Of a stretch of DNA of 36,280 nt, positions 18,782 to 27,450 are shown piece by piece. The stretch lies in the IMG/VR virus record IMGVR_UViG_3300016484_000734, positions 1-36,280 of that record, one strand, 5' to 3'. Positions within the stretch are counted from its first letter, which is position 1. Each line of letters opens with the position of its first letter. The notes under the pieces were generated by a model. The model was not told the DNA's origin. It did not search any database and was given only the letters and a program-made list of their open reading frames with translations. A program made the translations under genes and the position numbers. Source of the DNA: a virus. Its lineage: Duplodnaviria > Caudoviricetes.

Positions 18782-20431
18782 ATGGGAGGCGTAGTAGGGG
18801 CTGTTTTTGGTACTGGTGGTCGTCCAACAGCGCAGCAAGACAACCGGCTTACCGGGCTGCAAGTGCAGAAAACCGGGAACGGTGTGACCATCCCCGTGGT
18901 TTTGGGAACGAGCAAAGTTAGTCCGGTGCTGATTTGGTCTGGAAATTTTATTGCCACCCCGCACCAATCTGGGGGCGGCGGCGGGAAAGGCGGCGGCGGG
19001 AATGCTGGCGCTACAACCACCTACACCTACACAAGCGGAGTTATACTTGCCTTGTGTCACGGCCCAATTCAGAGCATTGGCGTGATTTGGCGCGACAAAT
19101 CCAGATACGCGGCGCTGTACTATCCTCCAGTTGTTCGGCAGGTGCGCAATGCGAATTATGCAGTTCCAGGAGGCGTGAATGTCGGAATTAATGTTGGTAT
19201 GCCTGTCGTGGCTGATTACGGCGTGCGCTATTACCAAGGTCGCGGCCAGCCTTTTTTCTCCAAGGTCGCCGGAATTCCTACGGTAGGAGAAACTTACTCA
19301 CTGGCTGGCACTAAGTTCACCGTGCGCAGTTCTGTTGCGCGGACAGTGCTGCTTAATTACGACTACTTGCAGTCAGGGTACACCGTGCCGCCTACTGGTC
19401 AGCTTGGCCTGCAACTATTCGCGGGCGCTCCAGGGCAAGCCGGGTGGGGATGGCTCCAAACCGCATTCCCGTCTCAGTACTCAAATTATAGCGGCGTAGC
19501 TTATCTCGCGGGGGCTAACTACGCCCTGAGCGGCGGCGCAATGCTGGGCAATCACACCGTCGAGGTTGCCGGATTGGGCTGGCTGGCAGACGGCAAAGGC
19601 ATTCAGCCGCAGGAATTCCTGACGCTATTCGTAGCAAATCAAGACTACGGGGCTGGGTTTTCAAAATTTGACGCAACGTGGCTGTACTTTTGGAGCATCT
19701 ACTGTTTTGCTTCTGGGACTTTTTTGTCGGCAACCTATGACACACAGCGACCCGCGCATGAATACCTGACGCAGCTCGCGCGCATCACAAATTCCGAAAT
19801 TGTATGGGGAGCAGATTCGGCTGGCGTATGGGGTGTGCGCTTTGTGCCCCGGTGCGACATCGCAATAACGGGCAACGGCGTGAAGTACACCCCCAATCTG
19901 ACCATTGCCTATGCCCTGACGGACGACGATTATCTAGCCATGCCTAAGCTGTTGGCTCGAAAGCGCGCATCCGACGCTTACAACCACGTCACAGTAGAGT
20001 ACATGGAGCGCGGGCTAGATTATTCAGTCAGCGTCGTTGACGTGCGAAATCAGGCAGGAATTGACCGTTTTGGGATGAAATCAGCCCCGGCAATCGTTGT
20101 TCACGAAGTGCATGACCGCTACATCGCCGAGCGGATCGCCCACGATGAAATGGCGAAGCATACCCAACAGTTAAACCATTTTGCCGTGACTGTATCGGCC
20201 AAATATGCTCGCCTTGAGCTTATGGACATCGTTGCCATTACAGACGTTCGGCTGGGGTTGTCCGCTGCTCCAATGCGGGTTATTGAAATTTCCGAGGGCG
20301 TTGACAGCCAGCTTGACCTTGTGCTTGAGCAAATGGCGGATGGCTTGAATTACACACCAGCATCCGGCGCGGCTGCGGCTGGAAATTCAATAAATTCGGC
20401 GGTTCGTCCGTCGGCTTTGAAGTGGAGGTAG
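18782..20431 (+). CDS. Tail tip/central tail protein, N-terminal part
   Basis: IPVVLGT...LIW..NF, GGGGKGGG, ALCHGPI..IG.IW and AYNHVTVEY.ER. Confidence 0.85.
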   Translation: MGGVVGAVFGTGGRPTAQQDNRLTGLQVQKTGNGVTIPVVLGTSKVSPVLIWSGNFIATPHQSGGGGGKGGGGNAGATTTYTYTSGVILALCHGPIQSIGVIWRDKSRYAALYYPPVVRQVRNANYAVPGGVNVGINVGMPVVADYGVRYYQGRGQPFFSKVAGIPTVGETYSLAGTKFTVRSSVARTVLLNYDYLQSGYTVPPTGQLGLQLFAGAPGQAGWGWLQTAFPSQYSNYSGVAYLAGANYALSGGAMLGNHTVEVAGLGWLADGKGIQPQEFLTLFVANQDYGAGFSKFDATWLYFWSIYCFASGTFLSATYDTQRPAHEYLTQLARITNSEIVWGADSAGVWGVRFVPRCDIAITGNGVKYTPNLTIAYALTDDDYLAMPKLLARKRASDAYNHVTVEYMERGLDYSVSVVDVRNQAGIDRFGMKSAPAIVVHEVHDRYIAERIAHDEMAKHTQQLNHFAVTVSAKYARLELMDIVAITDVRLGLSAAPMRVIEISEGVDSQLDLVLEQMADGLNYTPASGAAAAGNSINSAVRPSALKWR

Positions 20432-20434
20432 CGC

Positions 20435-21628
20435 ATGATTGATATTTTCACCGCACCAGCCGCGATAACAAAGTCCGGTTTCGAGATATGGCTTGCGGCA
20501 TCATCCGACGACCCGAATTATGGCGGGTGCTTCGTCTGGGCATCGGACGACAACCTAAACTATGCCCGCATCGGGAAAATCAACGGCAACTCACGCCATG
20601 GTCAGGCAATCAACAACATTCCGGCATCCTCAACTGAATATGACAATTCGCACCGCGTTCGCGTGCAGCTTTGGGACGGGCAGTCTCTGATTAACGGGAC
20701 TGATGCCGACTTGCAAAACGACAACACGCTTTTTTTGCTGGGCGAGGAAGTTGTTGGGTATCGAGATAGCGCACTGGTTGCCGCGAACACTTGGGAGTTG
20801 TTCACGCTTCGCCGTTCGCGCTACAACACAAACCAGATGGCAAGCAAGCTGCTGTTTGACCGAAACACACCCGGCGACGGGCTGGAATTTGCAAACCTAG
20901 GCTGTTATGGCAAAGGATTGCCGTCTGTTGTCGCAAGCCTGACAACAACCAGCGGCACTGGGACGGCACGCGCTCAGGTGCTTGGTTCGCACGATTCTGT
21001 ATCGTGGATCGTAATTTCCGATTTGAGCTTGCTGCAAAATGGGGATGCCAGCCTATCACGTAAGGGTGTGTCGTTGCCAAAGTATTACCCGTACTTAAAG
21101 GGGCGTCTGGTATCAATTACCGGGACAGGCGCGGAGGTGCGCATGACCTACTCGCAGCCGACTAATGGGCAATCGTTCGTGCGCATGGACGAAAAGCTGC
21201 TGAAATACCCGTTTGACCCGGCGCGCATCGGGCTTACCATGTACTTCAAGTTCCAGCCTTTCAACGCGTGGGAAAATGGTTTGCTTGATTTGTCAGAGGT
21301 CGAATCCTACCAGCATACAATCGCTGCTCCTTTGGGTGTGCCGCTACCTCCTACAGCGTTTACAATGTCACAGGCCTCGCCCGGCGCACCTGTTAAAATA
21401 CAATTCGCCAAGGCAAACACCTCAAATATCAGATGGTACGAACTACGCGCCATGCCGGTCGGTTCCATTCTTGACTGGGACGCGGCGACAGTGCTGATCG
21501 AATCGGTGATGTCGCACCCGTTCGATACGGTTGTTTTGCCGCCTGGAAGGCAAATTTTTATGCTTGCGTCTGAGGATGCAGGCGCGAAATACTCGACATT
21601 CGCACAACTCGACTACACGGTGCTATAA
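20435..21628 (+). CDS. Tail tip protein, C-terminal part, separately encoded
   Basis: Same frame as the upstream gene after TAG-CGC, with its own GGAGGT RBS. Motifs YGGCFVWASDD and YFKFQPFN. Confidence 0.8.
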   Translation: MIDIFTAPAAITKSGFEIWLAASSDDPNYGGCFVWASDDNLNYARIGKINGNSRHGQAINNIPASSTEYDNSHRVRVQLWDGQSLINGTDADLQNDNTLFLLGEEVVGYRDSALVAANTWELFTLRRSRYNTNQMASKLLFDRNTPGDGLEFANLGCYGKGLPSVVASLTTTSGTGTARAQVLGSHDSVSWIVISDLSLLQNGDASLSRKGVSLPKYYPYLKGRLVSITGTGAEVRMTYSQPTNGQSFVRMDEKLLKYPFDPARIGLTMYFKFQPFNAWENGLLDLSEVESYQHTIAAPLGVPLPPTAFTMSQASPGAPVKIQFAKANTSNIRWYELRAMPVGSILDWDAATVLIESVMSHPFDTVVLPPGRQIFMLASEDAGAKYSTFAQLDYTVL

Positions 21629-21946
21629 ATGGCAATAATTTTGATTACAGGTTCCGCCCCAGCGGTAGGAGCGGAACATTCCAATGCCGCCCTCGTGACA
21701 AACAAAGGCGACCTCTCTTTTATTTTGCGCGGCAACACCACCAGCGGGACAGGGGCTGCGCGTGTTCGGATTCTTGGTGGACACGAAACGGGCAAGCTGA
21801 CTGAATTGCTTGTATTCGATTTGACGTTATCCAGCACAGAAACGATAGGAGGAGATTCAGTGACGGCATATTACCCAATCCTTTCCGCTGAAATCGTCAG
21901 CATTTCCGGTACAGGGGCGACCGTGACCGCCACAATGGGAGAATAA
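21629..21946 (+). CDS. Small beta-rich tail protein, paralogous to a domain inserted in 20435..21628
   Basis: Shares TTSGTG.AR..LG.H and YYP.L....VSI.GTGA.V. Confidence 0.75.
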   Translation: MAIILITGSAPAVGAEHSNAALVTNKGDLSFILRGNTTSGTGAARVRILGGHETGKLTELLVFDLTLSSTETIGGDSVTAYYPILSAEIVSISGTGATVTATMGE

Positions 21947-21947
21947 A

Positions 21948-23204
21948 ATGGGCGTGACTTCGACAAGATTGCCCGGCGCAGGGCAAGCAAACAAGGCCAC
22001 AAGCTACAGATTGGTGTCTATGGCCTCGAATTTAGGCGCAATGGACATTTCAGCAGACGGGCATTGGCTCTTTGACATTCAGGGCGCGCTAACAGCGACC
22101 GGGACGGTTCTCATCTCTTTCATTTTCCCGAACCTTCCCGCCACGCTTATCGTGGACAACAAAACCACGGGAGGGTATGCGTTAAACGGCTCTTACTCTG
22201 GTGGATCTGTGAAGTTCCCCGCCGGGACGTCAATGTGGTACTGGAACGGGACGACACTTGAGCAGGTCGGAATAAATACGTCATCCGAGCTATACAGCGT
22301 AGCCATGACTGCAAATGCGGGCGCGCTGGGGGTGGTGGATTCGACGCGCAATGCCATCGTTGAGATCACCGGGACGAACACCGCGCAGGGCAACATTACT
22401 GCCAGCTTGTCCGGCTCAGGATCGTTTTTGGTGGCGTTTGACAATGCAACAAACTATGCGAACACCATCAACGGAAATGCCTTGTGGCTTGTGCCGGTTG
22501 GTCGCACAATCTGGTATTACAACGCCACGTTAGGGCAATTCGAGCAGATCAACTACAGCATGGCGCAGGTGGATACGCTGCTGGCGCTTAAAGCCTCTCT
22601 CGCCTCGCCAGCCCTGACTGGTACGCCTACCGTGCCGACGGCAGCGGCTGACACCAACTCCACGCAGGTTGCCAGCACGGCCTTTGTGCTTGGCCAGCTT
22701 GGCAGCGCAAGCCCGCTTATGGCTGGCACGGCCACGCCTGGCACAAGCCTGCGCATTTCGCATCAGGATCATGTGCACCCAGTGGATACAAGTCGCGCCC
22801 CAAAGGCGGTCGCGGGGACGTGGACACCCGTTATCACGTTTGATGCGCCGGGCGATTTGACTGTAGCCTATGGCGTGCAGTACGGCAGCTACACCGAGCA
22901 TGAGGATGCCGTAATTTGCCATTGTCGGCTTACTTTTACGCCGATATACACAACCGCTGCTGGCAATTTGCGAATTTCAGGTTTTCCATTTATTTTCCCG
23001 GCATCTGGCTACAATTACATCGCAACAGGCATATCGGCGCGGTCAAGTCTTAATGGGGTGAGTGGCCTCGTTGCAATCGGAGGCGTGGCGGCGGATACTT
23101 ATGCAAATCTGTTTTCTGGCGGATCCGCCCCATTAACGACGGCGGTAGCGCCTTCTGGGTCGGCTCGTATTATTGATTTTTCAATTACTTACAAAAAAGG
23201 CTAA
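21948..23204 (+). CDS. Tail fibre/receptor-binding protein
   Basis: Tail-fibre motif KASLASPALTGTPTVPTAA..TNSTQVASTAFV, plus DHVHP and GTWTP...YG.Y. Confidence 0.85.
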   Translation: MGVTSTRLPGAGQANKATSYRLVSMASNLGAMDISADGHWLFDIQGALTATGTVLISFIFPNLPATLIVDNKTTGGYALNGSYSGGSVKFPAGTSMWYWNGTTLEQVGINTSSELYSVAMTANAGALGVVDSTRNAIVEITGTNTAQGNITASLSGSGSFLVAFDNATNYANTINGNALWLVPVGRTIWYYNATLGQFEQINYSMAQVDTLLALKASLASPALTGTPTVPTAAADTNSTQVASTAFVLGQLGSASPLMAGTATPGTSLRISHQDHVHPVDTSRAPKAVAGTWTPVITFDAPGDLTVAYGVQYGSYTEHEDAVICHCRLTFTPIYTTAAGNLRISGFPFIFPASGYNYIATGISARSSLNGVSGLVAIGGVAADTYANLFSGGSAPLTTAVAPSGSARIIDFSITYKKG

Positions 23205-23206
23205 AA

Positions 23207-23455
23207 ATGGCAATCATCAAATTAGGCGGCTTCGAGGTCGCTACAGCCCGTGATGCAGCGGGGGTTGGCTACGTCGCTGCAATTATCGTAATCGAGCATC
23301 ATTGCCTCATGGATGGCAACGCTGAAGTCATCGTAAATACGCACCGGCGTGGCTACTCAAAAGCGGAATGTGCGGGAATGGCTGCGCACCTCAATTCCCT
23401 ATCCTCAATGCCCGGCCTTGGTGATGGCGCTGCCAAGCTGGCGGGATGGTCATGA
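23207..23455 (+). CDS. Hypothetical protein, possibly fibre-associated
   Basis: Directly follows the fibre gene, with an AAGG RBS. Confidence 0.6.
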   Translation: MAIIKLGGFEVATARDAAGVGYVAAIIVIEHHCLMDGNAEVIVNTHRRGYSKAECAGMAAHLNSLSSMPGLGDGAAKLAGWS

Positions 23456-23835
23456 TGCCGGAACGTAGTCAGATCACCAGCTTCGCGCTCGATGTTATCG
23501 CCGGGTTGCTGATTTTCGCCCTGTCCTGGGCTAAGGCCGACAAGTACCTGGGGAAAAACAGGCCATCCGTTTTGCGCACGATGATCATTTCCGTAAGTTT
23601 TGGGGCGATGGTAGGCGTAATTGCCTACGAGTATTTTGAGTCGTGCCGATACGGCTGGGGGGCCGCCATGGCGGGGGTTTTTGTAGCGCCAAAAGCCATG
23701 CGGGTGATGGATGGGATTTTGGATTATATTTTAGCCGCAGCGGCAATAAAAATCGCGGCGTCGGCAGGCACGACCTCGGAAAAACTGCGCGAACGGGTGG
23801 AAGCCATGCGCAACGAAACCGGGGGCGGGAATTGA
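23452..23835 (+). CDS. Holin-like membrane protein
   Basis: About 3 hydrophobic segments and a charged C-terminus, at the end of the late operon. An alternative start is at 23446. Confidence 0.55.
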   Translation: MMPERSQITSFALDVIAGLLIFALSWAKADKYLGKNRPSVLRTMIISVSFGAMVGVIAYEYFESCRYGWGAAMAGVFVAPKAMRVMDGILDYILAAAAIKIAASAGTTSEKLRERVEAMRNETGGGN

Positions 23836-24167
23836 ATCATCCGAGAATAACCCCCCCAGAAACCGGGAGGTTTTTGCAGTCCCCGGAATGGCAAATGGTG
23901 CGAAAGGAAGCCTACCGGAAAAACCGCCAGCACCACGGGGGGAGTCTGGTGTGCGAGGCGTGCGGCCAGACTGAAGGGGTAATGTGCGCCGATCACATCC
24001 TCCCCCGCAGGTATTACCCAGCCTTTTCGCTCGCGGGTTGGAACCTGCAAATCCTGTGCGCCGAGTGCAACAAGAAAAAGGGCAACGCCTTTTCCGACGA
24101 CTTCCGGCGGTTTTTGCATTACCCGTTGCAGATGGTGGCTGTGTGGTTAGCACGTGGCTGCGTTTAA
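23832..24167 (+). CDS. HNH endonuclease
   Basis: SPEW..VR, CEACG, DHILP and NLQILCAECNKKKG. TTG start overlaps the upstream stop. Confidence 0.85.
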   Translation: MNHPRITPPETGRFLQSPEWQMVRKEAYRKNRQHHGGSLVCEACGQTEGVMCADHILPRRYYPAFSLAGWNLQILCAECNKKKGNAFSDDFRRFLHYPLQMVAVWLARGCV

Positions 24168-25003
24168 CCATGCTGAAAGTACGCTTTTCGGCATTTTCGT
24201 CGCACCCCATACCGGCGCACCACCTCCACACGACGCAGGCTCATAAGCCAGTCAAGTCTGACGGCGGCATGGTGGGCGACCAGCGTGCCATCCCGGTACA
24301 TGTCCCGCCGCTCTTTCGTCCAGTACTTCCCAAAATCGGCGGCCTTGGTCATTTTTTCCGGCAGGATTCGCGGCGACGGTGGTAGCTCTGCGCGCTTTTT
24401 TGCCTTGCGCGCAACTGGTAGTTCTGTTGCCGCCTTTTTCGGTGCCTTCCGGCGGGAGCGGACGCGCAGGCGGCCAGCAGCCTTCCGGCGGTCTTGCGTG
24501 GCGCAGATGTGTCGCACAAAATCAATCGGATAACTGTGCTCTTCTGAGATGGATTCTGGGGTCGCCCCCTTGGCATAGTAGGCCAGCACAAGAGGTTTGG
24601 CGGCCTTGCGTTTTTTTCTCACCTCACCAGACACAAGCGATTTCGCCAAAACCTTTTCGACGGCACCAATTGAGACATCAAGCGCTTTGGCAATTTTTGC
24701 GGATGAAGCAAAAAAATTGACACGGGCGTACTCGATAATCTTGGCGTTTCGAGCCTCATACAAAGCCTTCGTCATCGTTGGCTTGGCTTCGGGCTGTGGG
24801 TGCTGCTTTGTGGTAAGCAGTTGCTTCGCCCGGAACTCCTTATACTCTGGCATCCGATGCAAAATGTGTCGCACACTGTCCGCCGTTGTCGGGGCGTACC
24901 CCTCTTTTGCAATTGTTTCGGCAATCTGCCGAGCTGTCCGCCCCCTCAGCTCCAATTCGAGCATGCGCTGTTTTCTGGTCTTGGTTGTGTCAAATTTGGT
25001 CAT
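24164..25003 (-). CDS. Basic multi-HTH DNA-binding protein
   Basis: Three HTH-like segments (GRTARQIAETI, SSAKIAKALDVSIGAV, GATPESISEEHSYP). Very Lys/Arg-rich. Confidence 0.6.
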   Translation of the reverse strand: MTKFDTTKTRKQRMLELELRGRTARQIAETIAKEGYAPTTADSVRHILHRMPEYKEFRAKQLLTTKQHPQPEAKPTMTKALYEARNAKIIEYARVNFFASSAKIAKALDVSIGAVEKVLAKSLVSGEVRKKRKAAKPLVLAYYAKGATPESISEEHSYPIDFVRHICATQDRRKAAGRLRVRSRRKAPKKAATELPVARKAKKRAELPPSPRILPEKMTKAADFGKYWTKERRDMYRDGTLVAHHAAVRLDWLMSLRRVEVVRRYGVRRKCRKAYFQHG

Positions 25004-25167
25004 TTCTGTTTTACTCCGCTATATGGTCGCATCGCCTTGTTAAAATCCAGCACATCGCGCTCTGCGCGCTGTTTCTCCAGGCGTTCAACGCGCTGGTCTG
25101 CAATGATCTCGCGTAACAGCGCCAGCGCTCCGACCGCCAGTAATATGCTCAGGATGATGATCAGCAT
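25000..25167 (-). CDS. 55-aa single-pass membrane protein
   Basis: MLIIILSILLAVGALALL... with an AAGGA RBS and an ATGA overlap. Below the ORF-track cutoff. Confidence 0.6.
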   Translation of the reverse strand: MLIIILSILLAVGALALLREIIADQRVERLEKQRAERDVLDFNKAMRPYSGVKQK

Positions 25168-25545
25168 TTCGTCTTTTCCTTGTTGTGGTGCTTCCGTTCG
25201 TTAAATTTTTTGGCCCTGAAGTCAGTACATACATGTGGAACATCTTGGTAGATGTTTATCGCGGAGCATGTTGCTCTTCCTGATTCCGTTTTCCCTCTAT
25301 TTACGCACAAGGCGCATTGTCTAATTGGGCCAGTGCCACCTGTCGTTTCGTTGCTTTCATTTTTTCCTCCATTCGTCGCAGGTTGTTATCTGAGGGCGGC
25401 CACGTGGAACCCACCAAAGCTGCAAAAATCAATCGGCTTATCAAAATCGTCGCACTTTTCGCACCGCTGCACCAGGCGTTTAGGTTTTCCGGCCTTGGTA
25501 AATTCAACAATGGTGCGTGCGCCTTGCCTAATTTGTTCGACACCC
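25164..25545 (-). pseudogene. Two frameshifted small Cys-rich gene remnants
   Basis: RCEKC...FCSFGGF / TCDEWRKK and RQCALC / TCSAINI...VCTDF are each split across reading frames. Confidence 0.4.
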
Positions 25546-25555
25546 TTAAGCGGCT

Positions 25556-25972
25556 TTATTTCAGCGCCAGACTGCCCAGCCACAGCAGCAGAGCGGGAGT
25601 GGACAGCATCACCAGAAATGCCACCACGGGGGCGTGCTGTTGAAGCTCGTGCCACACTTTTACTACCGGAGTCATCGCCAGTCCCGCCAGCAACAAAAGA
25701 ATGTCCGAAAGTGTCGCAAGCGCCCCCTTTTTCTCTTCCGGCTGGCCGTTCAGGGGTGCTGAAACGGCTGGCGAGAAAATTACAATCAGCAGGCCAGTAA
25801 CCACAACAACCGGGGCTACCCAATCCAAGCCTGCCACTTCAACCTCTTCGCACACTTCCGCGCCAGATTTGAGCAAGTGGCATTCGTAGCGCACCGCCCC
25901 CTTCTGCGCCACATCATGGATGGTGCGCTCGATTTGCGCCTGTTCGGCGGCGTTGGGGATGATCGTGCCCAT
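25556..25972 (-). CDS. Membrane protein
   Basis: Three hydrophobic segments in the C-terminal half. Confidence 0.6.
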   Translation of the reverse strand: MGTIIPNAAEQAQIERTIHDVAQKGAVRYECHLLKSGAEVCEEVEVAGLDWVAPVVVVTGLLIVIFSPAVSAPLNGQPEEKKGALATLSDILLLLAGLAMTPVVKVWHELQQHAPVVAFLVMLSTPALLLWLGSLALK

Positions 25973-25975
25973 GGC

Positions 25976-26122
25976 TTACTTTCGGCTCAAAATGAACGCC
26001 CGCGCTTCTTCGCGCGTTTTGAAGTGGGCAATGCGACCGCTACCTTGGGCGGGGAAGCCGTTTAGCAGCTTGACCACTGCCCACCCGTTGCCATCTTGCT
26101 CTAACATGTATTGGTATTGCAT
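25976..26122 (-). CDS. 48-aa hypothetical protein
   Basis: AAGGAG RBS. Sequence MQYQYMLEQDGNGWAVVK...FKTREEARAF. Confidence 0.65.
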   Translation of the reverse strand: MQYQYMLEQDGNGWAVVKLLNGFPAQGSGRIAHFKTREEARAFILSRK

Positions 26123-26150
26123 TTAAGTCTCCTTTGTCGTTGGACTAATA

Positions 26151-26363
26151 TCAGCCCGGGACAATCACCTCGCCGGTTACGCTGATATAAGCAGAGGCAT
26201 AGCGATAATAAGATGCGCTAACCCATGCGTATTGCGCAAGTTTTCGACCGCCAATATGAGTATGGCTTGCTTCGTCATCGGCCATTTTGCGAACGACCAC
26301 AGATGCCTTCCATCTTATGGCTCTCCGCACCAAGCACGTCGGAATAATTGCAATATTGCCCAT
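26151..26363 (-). CDS. Hypothetical protein
   Basis: AAGGAGG RBS before ATG 26363, downstream of the cassette promoter. Confidence 0.7.
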   Translation of the reverse strand: MGNIAIIPTCLVRRAIRWKASVVVRKMADDEASHTHIGGRKLAQYAWVSASYYRYASAYISVTGEVIVPG

Positions 26364-26394
26364 TTTAAGCCTCCTTCTGGCGTCTGGTTGTTGT

Positions 26395-26483
26395 TTGGTT
26401 AACGTGCAAGCATTATCGCTCAAAACTGATTGCATGTAAAGCAAAATAAGCAAAAAGCCCGAATTAACGGGCTTTGTTTTTTG
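26395..26483 (-). repeat. 89-bp terminator+promoter cassette, copy 1
   Basis: Identical to 27081..27169. On the - strand: hairpin AAAGCCCG-TTAATT-CGGGCTTT with a T tract, then TTTACA-17-GATAAT. Confidence 0.95.
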
Positions 26484-26514
26484 CCTGGGCTTCTGCTCCT
26501 ACATTGGTCATCCG

Positions 26515-27063
26515 CTAACCCAGCCAGCTAGACAAATCCTCCCCGGATAAGTACCGGTTTGCCTCTGCGGCTGCGGCGGCGCTCTTTGCTTTTTTAGCAA
26601 TTCCCTCTTTCGACGCATCGAAAGAGTCTCTAGCGATGCTAAGAAACTCAATCGCTTCGCCCCGGATTTTTTCGTCAAATTCTATCCCTGAAACTTGCAA
26701 AGCGAATTTCGCTCGCTCCAAATTCCGGGAGTATTCCTCCCGTGTTTTTGGGAATTCCTCACAGAATTTTGAAGATGGATTTGTATTCAGCTTGACCGCT
26801 GCTATACAGCTACCAAGGTCGGAAAGATGCTCATCAGCCCATGCGTGCGTGTCTAGGGCTAGGTGACTAACGAGCCTGTCCAAATCCGATTCTTTCAAAA
26901 AGAAACCGATATTTGGGTGGTTTTGAAGCCTTTCCACCATTTCCGCCTTTGCTTTCTTGCTTCCGTTTGACGCAAAAACCAAAAAATCCCCGAGCATCAT
27001 CCCGAAGGATGCGCACGATGTTGCGGCCATGCAAGCGGCTGCAATCACATAGTAATTTTTCAT
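26515..27063 (-). CDS. Hypothetical protein with a hydrophobic N-terminus, enclosed by the 89-bp repeats
   Basis: AAGGAG RBS, 182 aa. Confidence 0.75.
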   Translation of the reverse strand: MKNYYVIAAACMAATSCASFGMMLGDFLVFASNGSKKAKAEMVERLQNHPNIGFFLKESDLDRLVSHLALDTHAWADEHLSDLGSCIAAVKLNTNPSSKFCEEFPKTREEYSRNLERAKFALQVSGIEFDEKIRGEAIEFLSIARDSFDASKEGIAKKAKSAAAAAEANRYLSGEDLSSWLG

Positions 27064-27080
27064 TTGAATCTCCTTTGTTG

Positions 27081-27169
27081 TTGGTTAACGTGCAAGCATT
27101 ATCGCTCAAAACTGATTGCATGTAAAGCAAAATAAGCAAAAAGCCCGAATTAACGGGCTTTGTTTTTTG
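27081..27169 (-). repeat. 89-bp terminator+promoter cassette, copy 2
   Basis: Identical to 26395..26483, offset by 686 bp. Confidence 0.95.
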
Positions 27170-27184
27170 TTGCTTGCCTGATTG

Positions 27185-27442
27185 CTATGCGGTTGTGGTG
27201 CGCTCCAGTTGCTTCAGCGCCTCTACTCGAAGGTATCGTGTACGGTTGACGCGCGTCATCGCGTCCCAGTTGGGCGGGATTGGAAGCACCATTTCGTGGT
27301 AGAAGTCGGTGCCGTAGAAGCAATTTTCCGCCGCCATGTCAGCCATTTCACGGTTTATGTACACAATTGCTTCCCCCCCTAATTCGGCGTCTCGCCGGTC
27401 AAACACATACCCGGTGATGGTTGTTTGTTTTTGGTCGTTCAT
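27185..27442 (-). CDS. Hypothetical protein
   Basis: GAGG RBS, followed by the cassette terminator. Confidence 0.65.
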   Translation of the reverse strand: MNDQKQTTITGYVFDRRDAELGGEAIVYINREMADMAAENCFYGTDFYHEMVLPIPPNWDAMTRVNRTRYLRVEALKQLERTTTA

Positions 27443-27450
27443 TTCGCCCT

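Noticed and set aside
26395-27169. CRISPR array or IS terminal repeats
   Set aside because: There are only two 89-bp direct copies 686 bp apart, explained by terminator+promoter content. No cas or transposase gene is present.
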